From Acidobacteriota bacterium (GTDB taxonomy: Bacteria > Acidobacteriota > Thermoanaerobaculia > Multivoradales > UBA5704): a stretch of DNA of 64,000 nt. The notes beneath the pieces are model-generated. The model made no database searches, was not told the origin of the DNA, and saw only the letters and a program-made list of their open reading frames with translations. How positions within the stretch are numbered: the first letter of the stretch is position 1; each line of letters opens with the position of its first letter. The DNA is taken from the NCBI GenBank assembly GCA_040005235.1, contig JBDTZG010000024.1:1-64000 (forward strand), in the 5' to 3' direction. The position numbers and the translations under genes are program-made. Positions 19,226 through 29,185 of this stretch are shown here, one piece after another.

Positions 19226-21058
19226 CTAAGGGACGACCGGAGGGGTCGTCGCCAGCGCCGAAAGCTCGGCAATCGAGCGAACGACCCCTCCGCGGACGAC
19301 GTAACGCACCTGACGCAAATTGCGGATCGCGGCGGTCGGGTCGGCGCCGACGATCAGCAGGTCGGCGAGCTTGCCCTTTTCGACCGTGCCGATTTCGGCG
19401 GAGCGCCCCAAGGCGCGGGCTCCCCCTCTTGTCGCGCTTATCAAAATGTCGCTTGGTGACATTCCCGCCGCCTGCATCGCTTCCATCTCTGCGTAAATCG
19501 ACGGACCGTGGAGGGTGAGAGGGTTGCCCGCATCGGTGCCCATCGCGATCGTGATTCCGGCGGCGACCACTTTTTTCAAATTCTCCGCGCCGATCTTTTC
19601 CCGCGCGGCATTGCGCTCGCCGCGGACTTGGATCTGCTCGGCGGTGCGGCCCGCGGCGACCTTCGCCGTCTCCGCAACCCGGGCTCGGGTGACCGGATCG
19701 ACACAGCCGTTCGGATCGTCGATCTCGGGTGCCTTGCCGCCAAGCGCCCCTTCGAACATCCGCTGGTAGCCGGCGCCCACGGTAAGCGTCGGGACGTAGA
19801 CCACGTTCTTCTCCTTCGCGAGGAGAAGGAACTCGTCATCCACGGGCAGATCGGTCACGCTGTGGACGAGAACCGCCACTCCGAGGCGGAGCGACTCCTT
19901 TGCTTCTTTGAGACCGGTCGCATGAGCGATCAGGGGGAGCTTTTTCGCGGCGGCCTCTTCGGCCGCGGCACGGACCACCGCCGCCAGCTCTTCGAACGGG
20001 CGGCTGTCGTCGACGATGAACCAAACCTTCACCGCGTGGCTCCCGCGCGCGGCGAGATAGCGCACCCCCTCGCGCGCGGCATCGGCGTCCTTCAAATAGA
20101 TCATCTGCCGCTCGCCCGGCAGATTTAGCCAGTGGTCGATCGTGGTGAGCAGCGGTCCCGCGGCCCTCACCCGGGGGGCGAGCGTGTCGTCTTCCGTTTT
20201 GGCCGGCAGGCCGAGCGTCCAGGCGAAGCCGCCGACATCGAACACGGATGTCACGCCGGCGCAGAGCTGCGAGCGATAAAAGCGCTCCGGGTGGGCCGCG
20301 AGATCGGCGATCGTCTCGGCATAGGTATGGCGATCGCGCACGTCGAGCGCATCGGGCCGGGCGTCCGCCCAGCCGGTCTGGGAAAAATGGACGTGGGCGT
20401 CGATCAATCCCGGCGTGAGCCACTGGCCTTTGAGGTCGAGCACGTCGACTCCAGAAGGCACCGGGCAGGCCGCGCGGGTCCCGGCGCAATCGATCTTCCC
20501 TTCGCGCAGGACGACCACCGAATCGGGAATCGGAGCCGCCCCGGTGCCGTCGATCAACGTCGCCCCGACCAGCGCCTTGGGGGCCGGCGGTACCCCGGGA
20601 AGTGCCTCGAACGCGGTCGAGACGCCGATCTTCCAGCCTTTCGGGGTCGCCAGGAAGAAGCGTTCGGAAATCCCCGACTGCTCGACCGCGCCATATCGCA
20701 CTCTGTAGCGGTAGGTGCCGTAGACGAGGCCAGGCCGCACCGGAGTCAGGTGCATGTCCTCGGCTTCGATATGGTCGGGCCATCCGGTGCCCACGCCCTT
20801 GGCGAACTCAGCGAAACCGACCGACATGCCGTCCGGCCCGGTGCGCGCGAAGCTCTCTTCCGGCAGATAGCAGGCCAGATAGGCGTCTTTGTCCTTCTTG
20901 CGGATCGCTTCGAGGTTCGCCTCGAACACCTTCTTTGCGCCCGCGAGATCGGCCGAAGAGCCGGCGGATGACTTTGCGGCGTTTGCAGGAATCGCGGGAA
21001 GCGCGAGGACTAAGCCCAAGACGGCGAGCGAGACGCGACGACCTGCGGTGCGGTTCAT
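19226..21058 (-). CDS. Secreted amidohydrolase with N-terminal NTF2/SnoaL-like domain
   Basis: PGLIDAHVH, AHA, LVHS, MGTDAG, IGTVEKGKLADL; signal peptide. Confidence 0.88.
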   Translation of the reverse strand: MNRTAGRRVSLAVLGLVLALPAIPANAAKSSAGSSADLAGAKKVFEANLEAIRKKDKDAYLACYLPEESFARTGPDGMSVGFAEFAKGVGTGWPDHIEAEDMHLTPVRPGLVYGTYRYRVRYGAVEQSGISERFFLATPKGWKIGVSTAFEALPGVPPAPKALVGATLIDGTGAAPIPDSVVVLREGKIDCAGTRAACPVPSGVDVLDLKGQWLTPGLIDAHVHFSQTGWADARPDALDVRDRHTYAETIADLAAHPERFYRSQLCAGVTSVFDVGGFAWTLGLPAKTEDDTLAPRVRAAGPLLTTIDHWLNLPGERQMIYLKDADAAREGVRYLAARGSHAVKVWFIVDDSRPFEELAAVVRAAAEEAAAKKLPLIAHATGLKEAKESLRLGVAVLVHSVTDLPVDDEFLLLAKEKNVVYVPTLTVGAGYQRMFEGALGGKAPEIDDPNGCVDPVTRARVAETAKVAAGRTAEQIQVRGERNAAREKIGAENLKKVVAAGITIAMGTDAGNPLTLHGPSIYAEMEAMQAAGMSPSDILISATRGGARALGRSAEIGTVEKGKLADLLIVGADPTAAIRNLRQVRYVVRGGVVRSIAELSALATTPPVVP

Positions 21059-21134
21059 GAGGCTCTCCCCAAAGTTTTGGGGGACTCTATCAACCGGCGG
21101 GGGTACCAGCGGGAGCGGCGACCTTCGGAGGGGG

Positions 21135-21209
21135 TGGCTCCTCGGGAGGGATTTGAACCCCCAACATTTCGGTTAACAGCCGAACGCTCTACCATTGAGC
21201 TACCGAGGA
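21135..21209 (-). tRNA. tRNA-Asn (GTT)
   Basis: TCCTCGGTAGCTCAATGGTAGAGCGTTCGGCTGTTAACCGAAATGTTGGGGGTTCAAATCCCTCCCGAGGAGCCA folds into a 75-nt cloverleaf with encoded CCA. Confidence 0.97.
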
Positions 21210-21302
21210 ATATCGAAGCAACTACGCGGTGCACCTGGGCGCGCCGGAGGGCGGATTCTAGGGGCGGTCGGAAGGGTTGTCAATTCTGGGGCGGACGAAA
21301 CC

Positions 21303-22121
21303 CTACTCGATCAGCCCTTCGAGCGGAGAGGAGGCGTTCGCGTAGAGCTTCTTGGGGATTCGGCCGGCGTTGGCGGCGAGCCAGCCGGCTTCGACGCCGA
21401 GTTTCATCGCGAGCGCCATCCGGACCGGGTCTTGCGCTTCGGCGACCGCCGTGTTCATCAGGACGCCGTCCGCCCCCAACTCCATCGCTAGTGCCGCGTC
21501 GCTTGCGGTCCCCACTCCCGCATCGACGATCACCGGAACGTTCGCCTGCTCGACGATGATCTTCAGGTTCGCCCGGTTACGGATGCCCATCCCGGAGCCG
21601 ATCGGCGCGCCGAGTGGCATAACGGCCGCGGCGCCCAGCTCTTCCAGACGACGGCAGACGACCGGATCGTCGTTGGTGTAGGGCAAAACGATGAACCCTT
21701 CCGCGACCAGAATCTCGGTCGCCTTGAGCAGCTCGACGGTGTCCGGAAAGAGCGTCTTCTTGTCGCCGATTACTTCGAGCTTCACCCAGTTCCAGCCACC
21801 TAGCTCGCGCGCCAGGCGCGCCGTGCGCACCGCCTCATCGGCCGTGTAGCAGCCGGCGGTGTTGGGCAGCAAGAGATAGCGCTCCGGATCGATGTAGTCG
21901 ATCAGCGAGCCTTTGCCCAGGGCATCCAAGTTCACGCGGCGAAGCGCCACGGTGACCACCTCGGTGCCCGAGGCGTCGAGCGCTGCCACCATCGAAGGGA
22001 AGCTCGGGTATTTCCCGGTGCCGAGGATCAGGCGGGAGCGGAAGGTCCGGTCGGCGATCGTGAGCGGCGCGACTTCCGAGGTTGAGGCAGGGGGCGAGAT
22101 CATCGTTTCCGTGGCTTCCAT
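21303..22121 (-). CDS. thiG: Thiazole synthase
   Basis: [49 protein letters not shown]. Confidence 0.95.
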   Translation of the reverse strand: MEATETMISPPASTSEVAPLTIADRTFRSRLILGTGKYPSFPSMVAALDASGTEVVTVALRRVNLDALGKGSLIDYIDPERYLLLPNTAGCYTADEAVRTARLARELGGWNWVKLEVIGDKKTLFPDTVELLKATEILVAEGFIVLPYTNDDPVVCRRLEELGAAAVMPLGAPIGSGMGIRNRANLKIIVEQANVPVIVDAGVGTASDAALAMELGADGVLMNTAVAEAQDPVRMALAMKLGVEAGWLAANAGRIPKKLYANASSPLEGLIE

Positions 22122-22156
22122 AGAGCGATTCTAGTCGGAGAGGGAGCAGGCAAAAC

Positions 22157-22645
22157 TTAGTGGGGCCCGCATGCGCGCGGCTCGACCGTAGACACGAATC
22201 TCACCGGCTTGTCGGAGCGCGCCAGGGCGACTACGTGGTGCGGCCGTTCAGCGACGATGCAGGTGCATTGGCCGCTCGCCGGCTGTTCGAGCAGATCGAC
22301 CACCAGCTCGGCCGCGCGCTCTTCGACCCCGCGCACCGTGATGCCCGAAACGCAGCTTTGAGTGGGAAGTGCCACGGCGATCACCATCTTCCGGGCGAAA
22401 TCGATCTGCGGCAGTTCTTCGCCCGGGCCGCTCCCCTTTTTCAGGCTGTCCCAGCCGGCGCGGAAGGCTGTCGCGTCGCGATAGACCTCTCGCATCTGCT
22501 CGCCGGCTTGGCCCGGCATCGAGCGCTGGTCGAGCGTTTCGAGGGCGATCGGGTCGGTGGCCGGGGCGGCTGAGCCAGGTTGCGGCCCGGCCGCGCAGGC
22601 TAGCGCGGCGAGGCCGAGAGCCAGGAGTCCGGTAGCTTTAGACAT
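22157..22645 (-). CDS. Lipoprotein with PrcB C-terminal-like domain
   Basis: Lipobox ALAC; LPQIDFARKMVIAV...PHHVVAL. Confidence 0.65.
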   Translation of the reverse strand: MSKATGLLALGLAALACAAGPQPGSAAPATDPIALETLDQRSMPGQAGEQMREVYRDATAFRAGWDSLKKGSGPGEELPQIDFARKMVIAVALPTQSCVSGITVRGVEERAAELVVDLLEQPASGQCTCIVAERPHHVVALARSDKPVRFVSTVEPRACGPH

Positions 22646-22656
22646 CGCAGACCTCC

Positions 22657-23058
22657 TCAAAACGCCGCCGCCAACACCTCGACCGGCTCGGCGGTTTCGA
22701 TTCCCAACGCCGCGACGTTGCGGTTCTTCTCGTCGACGAAAACGAGCTTGGGATGATGATCGCGCAGCTCCTCGGCCTCGTACTCGGCAAACGTCGCGAG
22801 AATCACCAGATCTCCCGCCTTCGCCTTGTGCGCCGCCGCTCCATTCAGACAGATCTCCCCCCGGCCCCGTTTGCCGGGGATCGCGTAGGTCGCAAGGCGC
22901 TCGCCGTTGGTGACGTTGTAGATCTCGATCCGCTCATGCTCCAGGATGTCGGCCGCTTCGAGCAACAGCGGGTCGATCGTCACCGAACCCTGGTAATGGA
23001 GATTCGCTTCGGTCACCGTCGCCCGGTGGATCTTCGATTTGAGCATCGTGCGCTTCAT
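22657..23058 (-). CDS. panD: Aspartate 1-decarboxylase
   Basis: [16 protein letters not shown]...YQGSVTID (G24-S25 cleavage site), [15 protein letters not shown]. Confidence 0.96.
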   Translation of the reverse strand: MKRTMLKSKIHRATVTEANLHYQGSVTIDPLLLEAADILEHERIEIYNVTNGERLATYAIPGKRGRGEICLNGAAAHKAKAGDLVILATFAEYEAEELRDHHPKLVFVDEKNRNVAALGIETAEPVEVLAAAF

Positions 23059-23072
23059 GGTCCTAAAGCCCC

Positions 23073-23924
23073 CTAGCTCTCGATGGAGAGATGGAAGTTG
23101 TCGATCAATCGGGTGCCGCCCACGCGAACCGCGAGCGGCAGCACAATTTCTCCCGAGAGGGTCGCCGCCGGACGAAACGTCTCGGCATCGACCGCCTCGG
23201 CATACTCCAAAATCACGAGCGGTTCGCTCGCGAGCCCTGCGCGAAGAATCCTCCGCACCTCGTCCCCGCTCCGCTCCCCCGCTTCGATCGCTTCCCGCGC
23301 CGCGACCAGCGAGCGATGGAGCACGGTCGCCGCGCTCCGCTCTTCGCCGTTGAGGAACACGTTGCGCGACGACATGGCGAGCCCGTCCGGCTCGCGCATC
23401 GTCTCGCCCGGAACGATCTCGACCGGAAAATGCAGGTCGCGGACCAGCTTGCAGATCACCGCCAGCTGTTGCGCGTCCTTCCGGCCGAACACCGCGAGAT
23501 CGGGCCGCACCAGGTTGAACAGCGCGGCCACGACTGTCGCGACGCCACGAAAATGGCCGGGCCGAAATTCCCCTTCGAGCCCTTCGGCCGGACCGCCGGG
23601 CTCGATGAAGACCGTGTGCCCTTCCGGGTAGATCGTCTGGACGTCGGGAAGGAACAACAGGTCGCAGCCTGCGGCCTCCAACATCTCGGCGTCGCGCTCG
23701 GGCTGGCGCGGATAGCTCGACAGATCCTCGGCCCGGTTGAACTGGGTCGGATTGACGAACACCGAAGCGACCACCCGGTCCGAGCGTTCGCGCGCCGCGC
23801 GGACGAGCGACAGGTGTCCCTCGTGGAGCGCGCCCATGGTCGGCACGAACCCCACCGTCCGGCCCCGAACGGCCCAGAGCGCCAGCTCTTGGCGGAGCCC
23901 CGCCTTGTCGCGAATCTGCAGCAT
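23073..23924 (-). CDS. panC: Pantoate--beta-alanine ligase
   Basis: [44 protein letters not shown]. Confidence 0.96.
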   Translation of the reverse strand: MLQIRDKAGLRQELALWAVRGRTVGFVPTMGALHEGHLSLVRAARERSDRVVASVFVNPTQFNRAEDLSSYPRQPERDAEMLEAAGCDLLFLPDVQTIYPEGHTVFIEPGGPAEGLEGEFRPGHFRGVATVVAALFNLVRPDLAVFGRKDAQQLAVICKLVRDLHFPVEIVPGETMREPDGLAMSSRNVFLNGEERSAATVLHRSLVAAREAIEAGERSGDEVRRILRAGLASEPLVILEYAEAVDAETFRPAATLSGEIVLPLAVRVGGTRLIDNFHLSIES

Positions 23925-23933
23925 CGGTTCCCT

Positions 23934-24773
23934 TTAGCCGTAGATCTTGCGCAGCTCGGGTTTCGGTTCGAGCGCGCCGTAGGTCTCTTCCGCCGAGGGA
24001 AAGCTCCCCTCGCGCACGTCTTTGGCAAAGCGCTCGATCGCCTCGCGCGAAGCCACTCCCAACTCCGCGTAGCGCCGCACGAAACGGGGGGCGATCCGCT
24101 CTTCCAGGCCCAGCAGGTCGTGGTAGACCAGCACCTGACCGTCGCACGCGGCGCCCGCGCCGATGCCGATCGTCGGGATCGCCAGGCGTTCGGAGATCTC
24201 TTCCCCGAGATCGCTCGGCACGCATTCGAGAACGAGGGAGAACGCGCCCGCCTCTTCCAATTCCAGCGCGGCATCGACCATTTCCCGCGCCGCGTCATGG
24301 CTGCGGCCTTGGACTTTGTATCCGCCGAGGCGATGGACCGACTGAGGGGTGAGCCCGAGGTGCGCCATCACCGGCACCTCGGCGGAAACGAGCGCGCGGA
24401 CCACTTCGGGCCGGCCGCCTTCGATCTTCACCGCCTGCGCGCCCGCTTCTTTGACGAACCGGATCGCCGAGGCGACCGCCTGGTCGGGACCCAGATGGAA
24501 CGAGCCGTAGGGCATGTCGGCGACCAGCAGGGCGCGCTCGACCCCCCGGCGCACGGCGCGGGTGTGATGGATCATTTCGTCCAGGGTGACCGACAGCGTG
24601 TCCGGATGGCCGAGCACGACCATCGCGAGCGAGTCGCCGACCAGGACGATGTCGGCCCCCGCGGCATCCGCCGTCTTGCCCTGGGGGAAGTCGTAAGCGG
24701 TGACCATGACCAGACGTTCGCCGCGGTTTGGGGCTTCGACGATCGAGGGAACCGTGATGCGCTTCGCAGCCAT
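23934..24773 (-). CDS. panB: 3-methyl-2-oxobutanoate hydroxymethyltransferase
   Basis: [50 protein letters not shown]. Confidence 0.96.
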   Translation of the reverse strand: MAAKRITVPSIVEAPNRGERLVMVTAYDFPQGKTADAAGADIVLVGDSLAMVVLGHPDTLSVTLDEMIHHTRAVRRGVERALLVADMPYGSFHLGPDQAVASAIRFVKEAGAQAVKIEGGRPEVVRALVSAEVPVMAHLGLTPQSVHRLGGYKVQGRSHDAAREMVDAALELEEAGAFSLVLECVPSDLGEEISERLAIPTIGIGAGAACDGQVLVYHDLLGLEERIAPRFVRRYAELGVASREAIERFAKDVREGSFPSAEETYGALEPKPELRKIYG

Positions 24774-24823
24774 TCGTTCGCGCTCCGATTTCTCGCCCGG
24801 GGTCTACCTCAAGAGGAGCCCCG

Positions 24824-24862
24824 AAAAGCGAAAAGCCCTTCACGCCAGGGAGGCGGAAGGGC
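24824..24862 (-). terminator. Intrinsic terminator/attenuator in the panB leader
   Basis: Minus strand gcccttc-cgcctccctggcgt-gaagggc followed by ttttcgctttt, about 50 nt upstream of the panB ATG. Confidence 0.75.
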
Positions 24863-24924
24863 CGGTAAGCGCACGTTACCCGTTGAATCGAGGGTTTGCG
24901 CGTCGATCGTCGGTTGGATCGAGG

Positions 24925-25110
24925 TGTCGTCCTCCGGCTTGATCCTGATCCGGAACTTCTCGGTACGACCCTCTCGCCGCGACCGTCACACCCTCGTCGG
25001 GGCGCTTTCGGTTCTTTCCGTCTCGGTCCCGGCGGCCGGCCCTCTCACAATTGGGGGGCTCAAGGCCGCTCGCAGGATCCCAGCGGTTTGTCGGACCCCT
25101 TGCGGGCTCC
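24925..25110 (-). ncRNA. pan RNA motif-like cis-regulatory leader (boundaries approximate)
   Basis: Long structured leader upstream of panB containing GGGACCGAGACGG and CCGGATCAGGATCAAGCCGG, which match my recollection of the pan motif; followed by a terminator. Confidence 0.6.
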
Positions 25111-25241
25111 GACGGCGCGGATGATATGCGCCTTGGTCGTCCAGATCAAATCGCCCTGGCCTGAGTCTCATTTTGTCCCGCAGCGACTGGCCGCTGCCGA
25201 AGGCGCCCGAAGGAGCGAGGAGGCAAAATGAGACTCAGGCC

Positions 25242-25892
25242 CTAGCGCGAGCCCATCGGCACGAAGTACTCCGTCCCCTTGATCGGCCGGGAGAGGCGGT
25301 TGAGCAGCTCGCCGAAGTCCTCCGGCCGGTCGGGGAAGTTCAGGTGCCGCGTGTCGACCACCAGGAGCGGAGAGGCCTCGTAGTAGTGGTAGTAGTGGTT
25401 ATAGGCGTCAATCAGCTCGGCTTCGTAATCGCGCGCCAGAGTCTTCTCGACCGCTCGTGCCCGCTTCTTGATCCGATCCATGCAGGTGTCAACGTCGGCC
25501 ACCAGGTAGAGGATCAGATCGGGCTTCGGGATCTGCGGTTCGAGCAGGGCGTAGAGCTTGTCGAACAGCATCAGCTCGTCGTCCGAAAGGTTCAGGTAGG
25601 CGAAGATCCGGTTCTTCTGGAAGGTGTAGTCCGAAACCACCATCCGTTCGAACAGCTCGCGCTGGGCGATCCCCTGCTGCTGCTTGAACCGCGAGAGCAG
25701 GAAGTAAAGCTCGGTCTGAAACGCCGCGCCCGGTCGATCCTGGTAAAAATCGCCGAGGAAGGGATTGTTCACGTCTTCGAGGACTTTGACCCCCTCGAAG
25801 TGGCGCGTGAGCAACTCGACCAGAGTGGTTTTCCCCACCCCGATCGGTCCGTCGACCGCGATGTAGTGGTACGGAAGGCTCGGTCCGCTCAA
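25242..25892 (-). CDS. Deoxynucleoside kinase family protein
   Basis: IAVDGPIGVGKTTL, NPFLGDFY, FLLSRF, PDLILYL. Confidence 0.92.
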   Translation of the reverse strand: MSGPSLPYHYIAVDGPIGVGKTTLVELLTRHFEGVKVLEDVNNPFLGDFYQDRPGAAFQTELYFLLSRFKQQQGIAQRELFERMVVSDYTFQKNRIFAYLNLSDDELMLFDKLYALLEPQIPKPDLILYLVADVDTCMDRIKKRARAVEKTLARDYEAELIDAYNHYYHYYEASPLLVVDTRHLNFPDRPEDFGELLNRLSRPIKGTEYFVPMGSR

Positions 25893-25899
25893 GGCTTTT

Positions 25900-27099
25900 T
25901 TAGGCGCCGCTCGCGAGCGCCGCGGAAGCCGCCAACTCAGCGGCGTTTGGGGCCGGCGGAATCGGCGGCAGAGGGGCCGAAGTAGCCGAAGCGGCGATCG
26001 GGTTGTACAGCGTGTCGCGCTCGATCGGCTCGAATCCCGCCAGGCGGACGATCCGTTCGAGCTCGGCGCGGGTCATCTGCTGCGGAGTGCCGGCCCCGGC
26101 CATGTGGTAGATCGTTTCCTCGACCACCGTGCCGTCGAGGTCGTCGGCCCCAAAGCGCAGCGCCACCTGGGCGAGCTTCGGCGAGATCATGATCCAGTAG
26201 GCCTTGATGTGCGGGATGTTGTCGAGCACCAGGCGCGACGTCGCGATGTGGCGCAGGTCGTCGGTTCCGGTCGTGTGGTACTTCAACCCCATGTAGTTGT
26301 TCTCGGGGTGATAGGCGAGCGGGATGAACGCGTTGAAGCCGCCCGACTCGTCCTGCAGCGCGCGCAGACGCATCAGGTGGTCGACTTTGTGGATCGGCTT
26401 TTCGACGTGGCCGTAGAGCATGGTGCAGTTGCTCTTGATCCCCATCCGGTGGGCGATGCGGTGAACCTCGATCCACTCGTCCGCGTCGAGCTTGCCGTCG
26501 CAGATGATCTCGCGCACTTCGGAATGGAAGATCTCTGCACCGCCGCCCGGCAGCGATCCGAGCCCCGCGTCGCGCATTTGGCGCAAGACCTCCTCGATCG
26601 ACAGCTTCTCGCGCTTGGCGAACCAGCCGATCTCGATCGCGGTGAATGCCTTCAAGTGCGCATTCGGGAAACGCTCGCGCAGGCCCCGGAGCATTTCGAG
26701 ATACCACTCGAGCGACAGGTCAGGGTGCAGACCGCCGACGATATGGAACTCGGTCGCCCGCTGCCCGCCCTGCTCCGCGGCATGTTTGTAGACGTCCTCG
26801 TGCGACATCTCCCAAGCGTGGGCCTCGCCCTTGAGCGCCGCGAAGCTGCAAAACTTACAGTTGTAGGTATAGACGCAGACGTTCGTCGGGTTGATGTGCC
26901 GATTGACGTTGAAGTAGGTGACGTTGCCGTGCATCCGCCGCCGCACCGAGTCGGCCAGACGGCCGAGCGCCACGACGTGGGGGGTGGAAAAACAGAGCAG
27001 GGCGTCTTCGTCGTCCAGCCGCACACCATCGCGCACCTTCTCGGCGAGCGGGCGGAGACTCGAAGGAAAACGTTCCGGCTGGATCTCGGGGTTCTGCAT
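25900..27099 (-). CDS. mqnE: Aminofutalosine synthase (radical SAM, CofH/MqnC/MqnE family)
   Basis: HINPTNVCVYTYNCKFCSF, HIVGGLHP, LPGGGAEIF, TMLYGHVE, HIKAYW. Confidence 0.85.
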   Translation of the reverse strand: MQNPEIQPERFPSSLRPLAEKVRDGVRLDDEDALLCFSTPHVVALGRLADSVRRRMHGNVTYFNVNRHINPTNVCVYTYNCKFCSFAALKGEAHAWEMSHEDVYKHAAEQGGQRATEFHIVGGLHPDLSLEWYLEMLRGLRERFPNAHLKAFTAIEIGWFAKREKLSIEEVLRQMRDAGLGSLPGGGAEIFHSEVREIICDGKLDADEWIEVHRIAHRMGIKSNCTMLYGHVEKPIHKVDHLMRLRALQDESGGFNAFIPLAYHPENNYMGLKYHTTGTDDLRHIATSRLVLDNIPHIKAYWIMISPKLAQVALRFGADDLDGTVVEETIYHMAGAGTPQQMTRAELERIVRLAGFEPIERDTLYNPIAASATSAPLPPIPPAPNAAELAASAALASGA

Positions 27100-27615
27100 T
27101 TTTGACTTCCTTGGGGCTTCCTAGGGGTTCCCGGGGCGGCCCTCACGGGTTGTACCCGGCTGATAGCCGGGCAGTATAGCAGGGGGCCGCGACCCTTCGA
27201 GAGTGAAAACACCGCCGGGTTTACGCCACATTCCCGGCAGGGGTGCCTCCTCTCATCGGCACCTCTCATCCGAATTCCGAAACCCGCCGTAGAGACCCTC
27301 TGAACCCGACAGCTTCTCCCCTACTTGGAGGATTGAGAACATGATTCGACTTCGTCGTGTCTCTGGCCGAGACGGGGCCGACCTGGCGACTGCCTGAGCC
27401 GCCAACGTCAAAACCGGAGGTGCCGAATGGCAGGCGCTGATGGTCCGGACCGTGGGGGTTGAGCCCGGTTCCAATCGAAGGTGGGGGCTTGGCGGGGGAT
27501 TTGGCGGTTTGGTAGGAAAGTGATTTGTAGCGCTCTTGGTTGCGAGGCTCTGTGTACACCCATTTCGGGCGCTCGGGGCCTCGCCTAAAAGCCGGCCCCT
27601 CTCGCTCATCGTGCC

Positions 27616-27632
27616 GTAAGATGCTATCTTAC
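27616..27632. promoter_or_regulatory. Palindromic operator of the AbrB/VapC TA operon
   Basis: gtaagat-gct-atcttac immediately upstream of ATG 27637. Confidence 0.6.
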
Positions 27633-27636
27633 CCTC

Positions 27637-27864
27637 ATGAAGACCGCAGTCTCCACCAAGGGACAGATCGTCCTACCTGCAGAGATCCGTCGGCTGGACC
27701 GCATCGAGGCCGGGGACGAGTTTGAAGTCGAGCGGATCGACCGGGGGGAGTACCGGCTTCGGCTGGTTCCCTCTCGGAATGAGGGTCTCTTAGACTGGCT
27801 GCTCGCCTGTCCGGAAAAGGGGTTCTTCGTACCCATTGAGTCCGAGTCCACGGACACGTTGTGA
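27637..27864 (+). CDS. AbrB/MazE/SpoVT family antitoxin (VapB-like)
   Basis: VSTKGQIVLPAEIRRLDRIEAGDEF. Confidence 0.88.
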   Translation: MKTAVSTKGQIVLPAEIRRLDRIEAGDEFEVERIDRGEYRLRLVPSRNEGLLDWLLACPEKGFFVPIESESTDTL

Positions 27865-28274
27865 CCATCCTGGTCGACGCCAATGTCCTGAGCGAAGCCA
27901 CCCGACCGGAACCTGACCCGTCGGTCCTGGAGTGGCTGGCCGAGCATGAACGGGAGATCGTCGTCGATCCGGTCATCCTCGGCGAGATCCATTTTGGGAT
28001 CCTCGTGCTCCCCAGCGGCAAGCGACGCCAGCGCCTGGAGCGTTGGTTCGAAGAAGGGATCCGGCGAATCCACTGCGTCGCCTGGGAGTCGAGCACAGGT
28101 CTTCGCTGGGCTCAGCTGCTCGCCGATTTGCGGCGGCGAGGCAGATCCATGCCGATCAAAGACAGTTTGATCGCGGCGACGGCTTTCGCTCACAACCTTC
28201 CGCTGGCGACACGCAACCGAAGTGACTTCGAGCAAACCGGGATCCAGATCATCAATCCCTTCGCCCTCGCCTAA
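27861..28274 (+). CDS. vapC: PIN-domain toxin (VapC family)
   Basis: ILVDANVLSE, GEI, DSLIAATA, LATRNRSDF; GTGA overlap with the antitoxin. Confidence 0.92.
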   Translation: MTILVDANVLSEATRPEPDPSVLEWLAEHEREIVVDPVILGEIHFGILVLPSGKRRQRLERWFEEGIRRIHCVAWESSTGLRWAQLLADLRRRGRSMPIKDSLIAATAFAHNLPLATRNRSDFEQTGIQIINPFALA

Positions 28275-29185
28275 TCCTCCTCGTACTTAATCTCCATACC
28301 CCGCGCCCGCCAAGCCGAGAGCGCGACCAGCAGGCCGGCGAAGATCAGCAGGCCGATTACGGCGACCGGTTTGCTTGGGGCGTCGGAGAGCAAGGCCAAT
28401 GGACCGTCCGAGACGGGGACGGGCATCAGCGATTGCAGGTAGTGGATCACGCTCGCTTTTTTGAGCAGGGGCGGGAGGAGGAAGTGGATTCCTTCCCAGC
28501 CGAAAATCAGGAGGGCGGGGATGGCAGGACTGCGGAAGAAGAAGCCTAACGTGAGGAAGATGGCTCCGTAGCCGACGCAGGCGAGCAGGGTGGTCGCGAC
28601 GTAGGCGAACAGGTGGCTTAAGCCGGGGCCTTGGAGGAGGAAGCGCGAGCTGCCGGGAATGGGTACGAAGGTCAGGAGGAACGACGCGGCGGTCGAGAGG
28701 CCGAAGAGGAAGCCGGCGACGATGAGGCCGGTCAGGTATTTGCCGAGCACCAGAACCTCGCGGCGGATCGGTGCGAGGAAGTAGTAGTGCAGCGTGCGGT
28801 CGAGGACCTCACGGCGGATCAAGTTGCCGAAGATTCCGACGCAGCCGAGGAAAACGATGACGCGGAGCAGGAACGCCTGATAGATGCCGCCCGCAAAAAT
28901 CGCCTGGGCTTGGGCAAGGTCGAACAGCTCGCGGATCGAGTCGCCGTGGGTGAAGAAGAGGCGGAGCGAGAGGACCGCGGGGGGAGCGAGCGCGAGCAGC
29001 CAGAGGCCGATGGCGCGCTTGCCGAAGAAGCCCTTTTTCAGCTCCATGCGAATGATCGCTGCGAGCTGCCGGCGGCGTAGGGCCGCGCTGCCCGGGGCGG
29101 GTTCACCGACCGCAATAGGGGTCGCCGGGGACGCCTGGCTCGCCGGGGTAGTCGCCGGGTTTGGGTTCGAAATCGCGGCGCTCAT
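28271..29185 (-). CDS. ABC transporter permease
   Basis: Multiple TM helices; LIRREVLDRTLHYYFLAPIRREVLVLGKY. Confidence 0.85.
   Translation of the reverse strand: MSAAISNPNPATTPASQASPATPIAVGEPAPGSAALRRRQLAAIIRMELKKGFFGKRAIGLWLLALAPPAVLSLRLFFTHGDSIRELFDLAQAQAIFAGGIYQAFLLRVIVFLGCVGIFGNLIRREVLDRTLHYYFLAPIRREVLVLGKYLTGLIVAGFLFGLSTAASFLLTFVPIPGSSRFLLQGPGLSHLFAYVATTLLACVGYGAIFLTLGFFFRSPAIPALLIFGWEGIHFLLPPLLKKASVIHYLQSLMPVPVSDGPLALLSDAPSKPVAVIGLLIFAGLLVALSAWRARGMEIKYEED

Noticed and set aside
21135-21209. tRNA-anchored integrative element
   Set aside because: No integrase nearby, no duplicated tRNA 3' end noticed, and flanking genes look chromosomal
21303-22121. thiG without adjacent thiS or a TPP riboswitch as a novelty
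   Set aside because: Scattered thiamine genes are common and partners may lie outside the window
23091-25124. 677-aa plus-strand ORF and similar long shadow ORFs (e.g. 6226-7605, 26104-27105, 50456-51805)
   Set aside because: Antisense or off-frame shadows of well-supported genes, expected in high-GC DNA; no recognisable motifs
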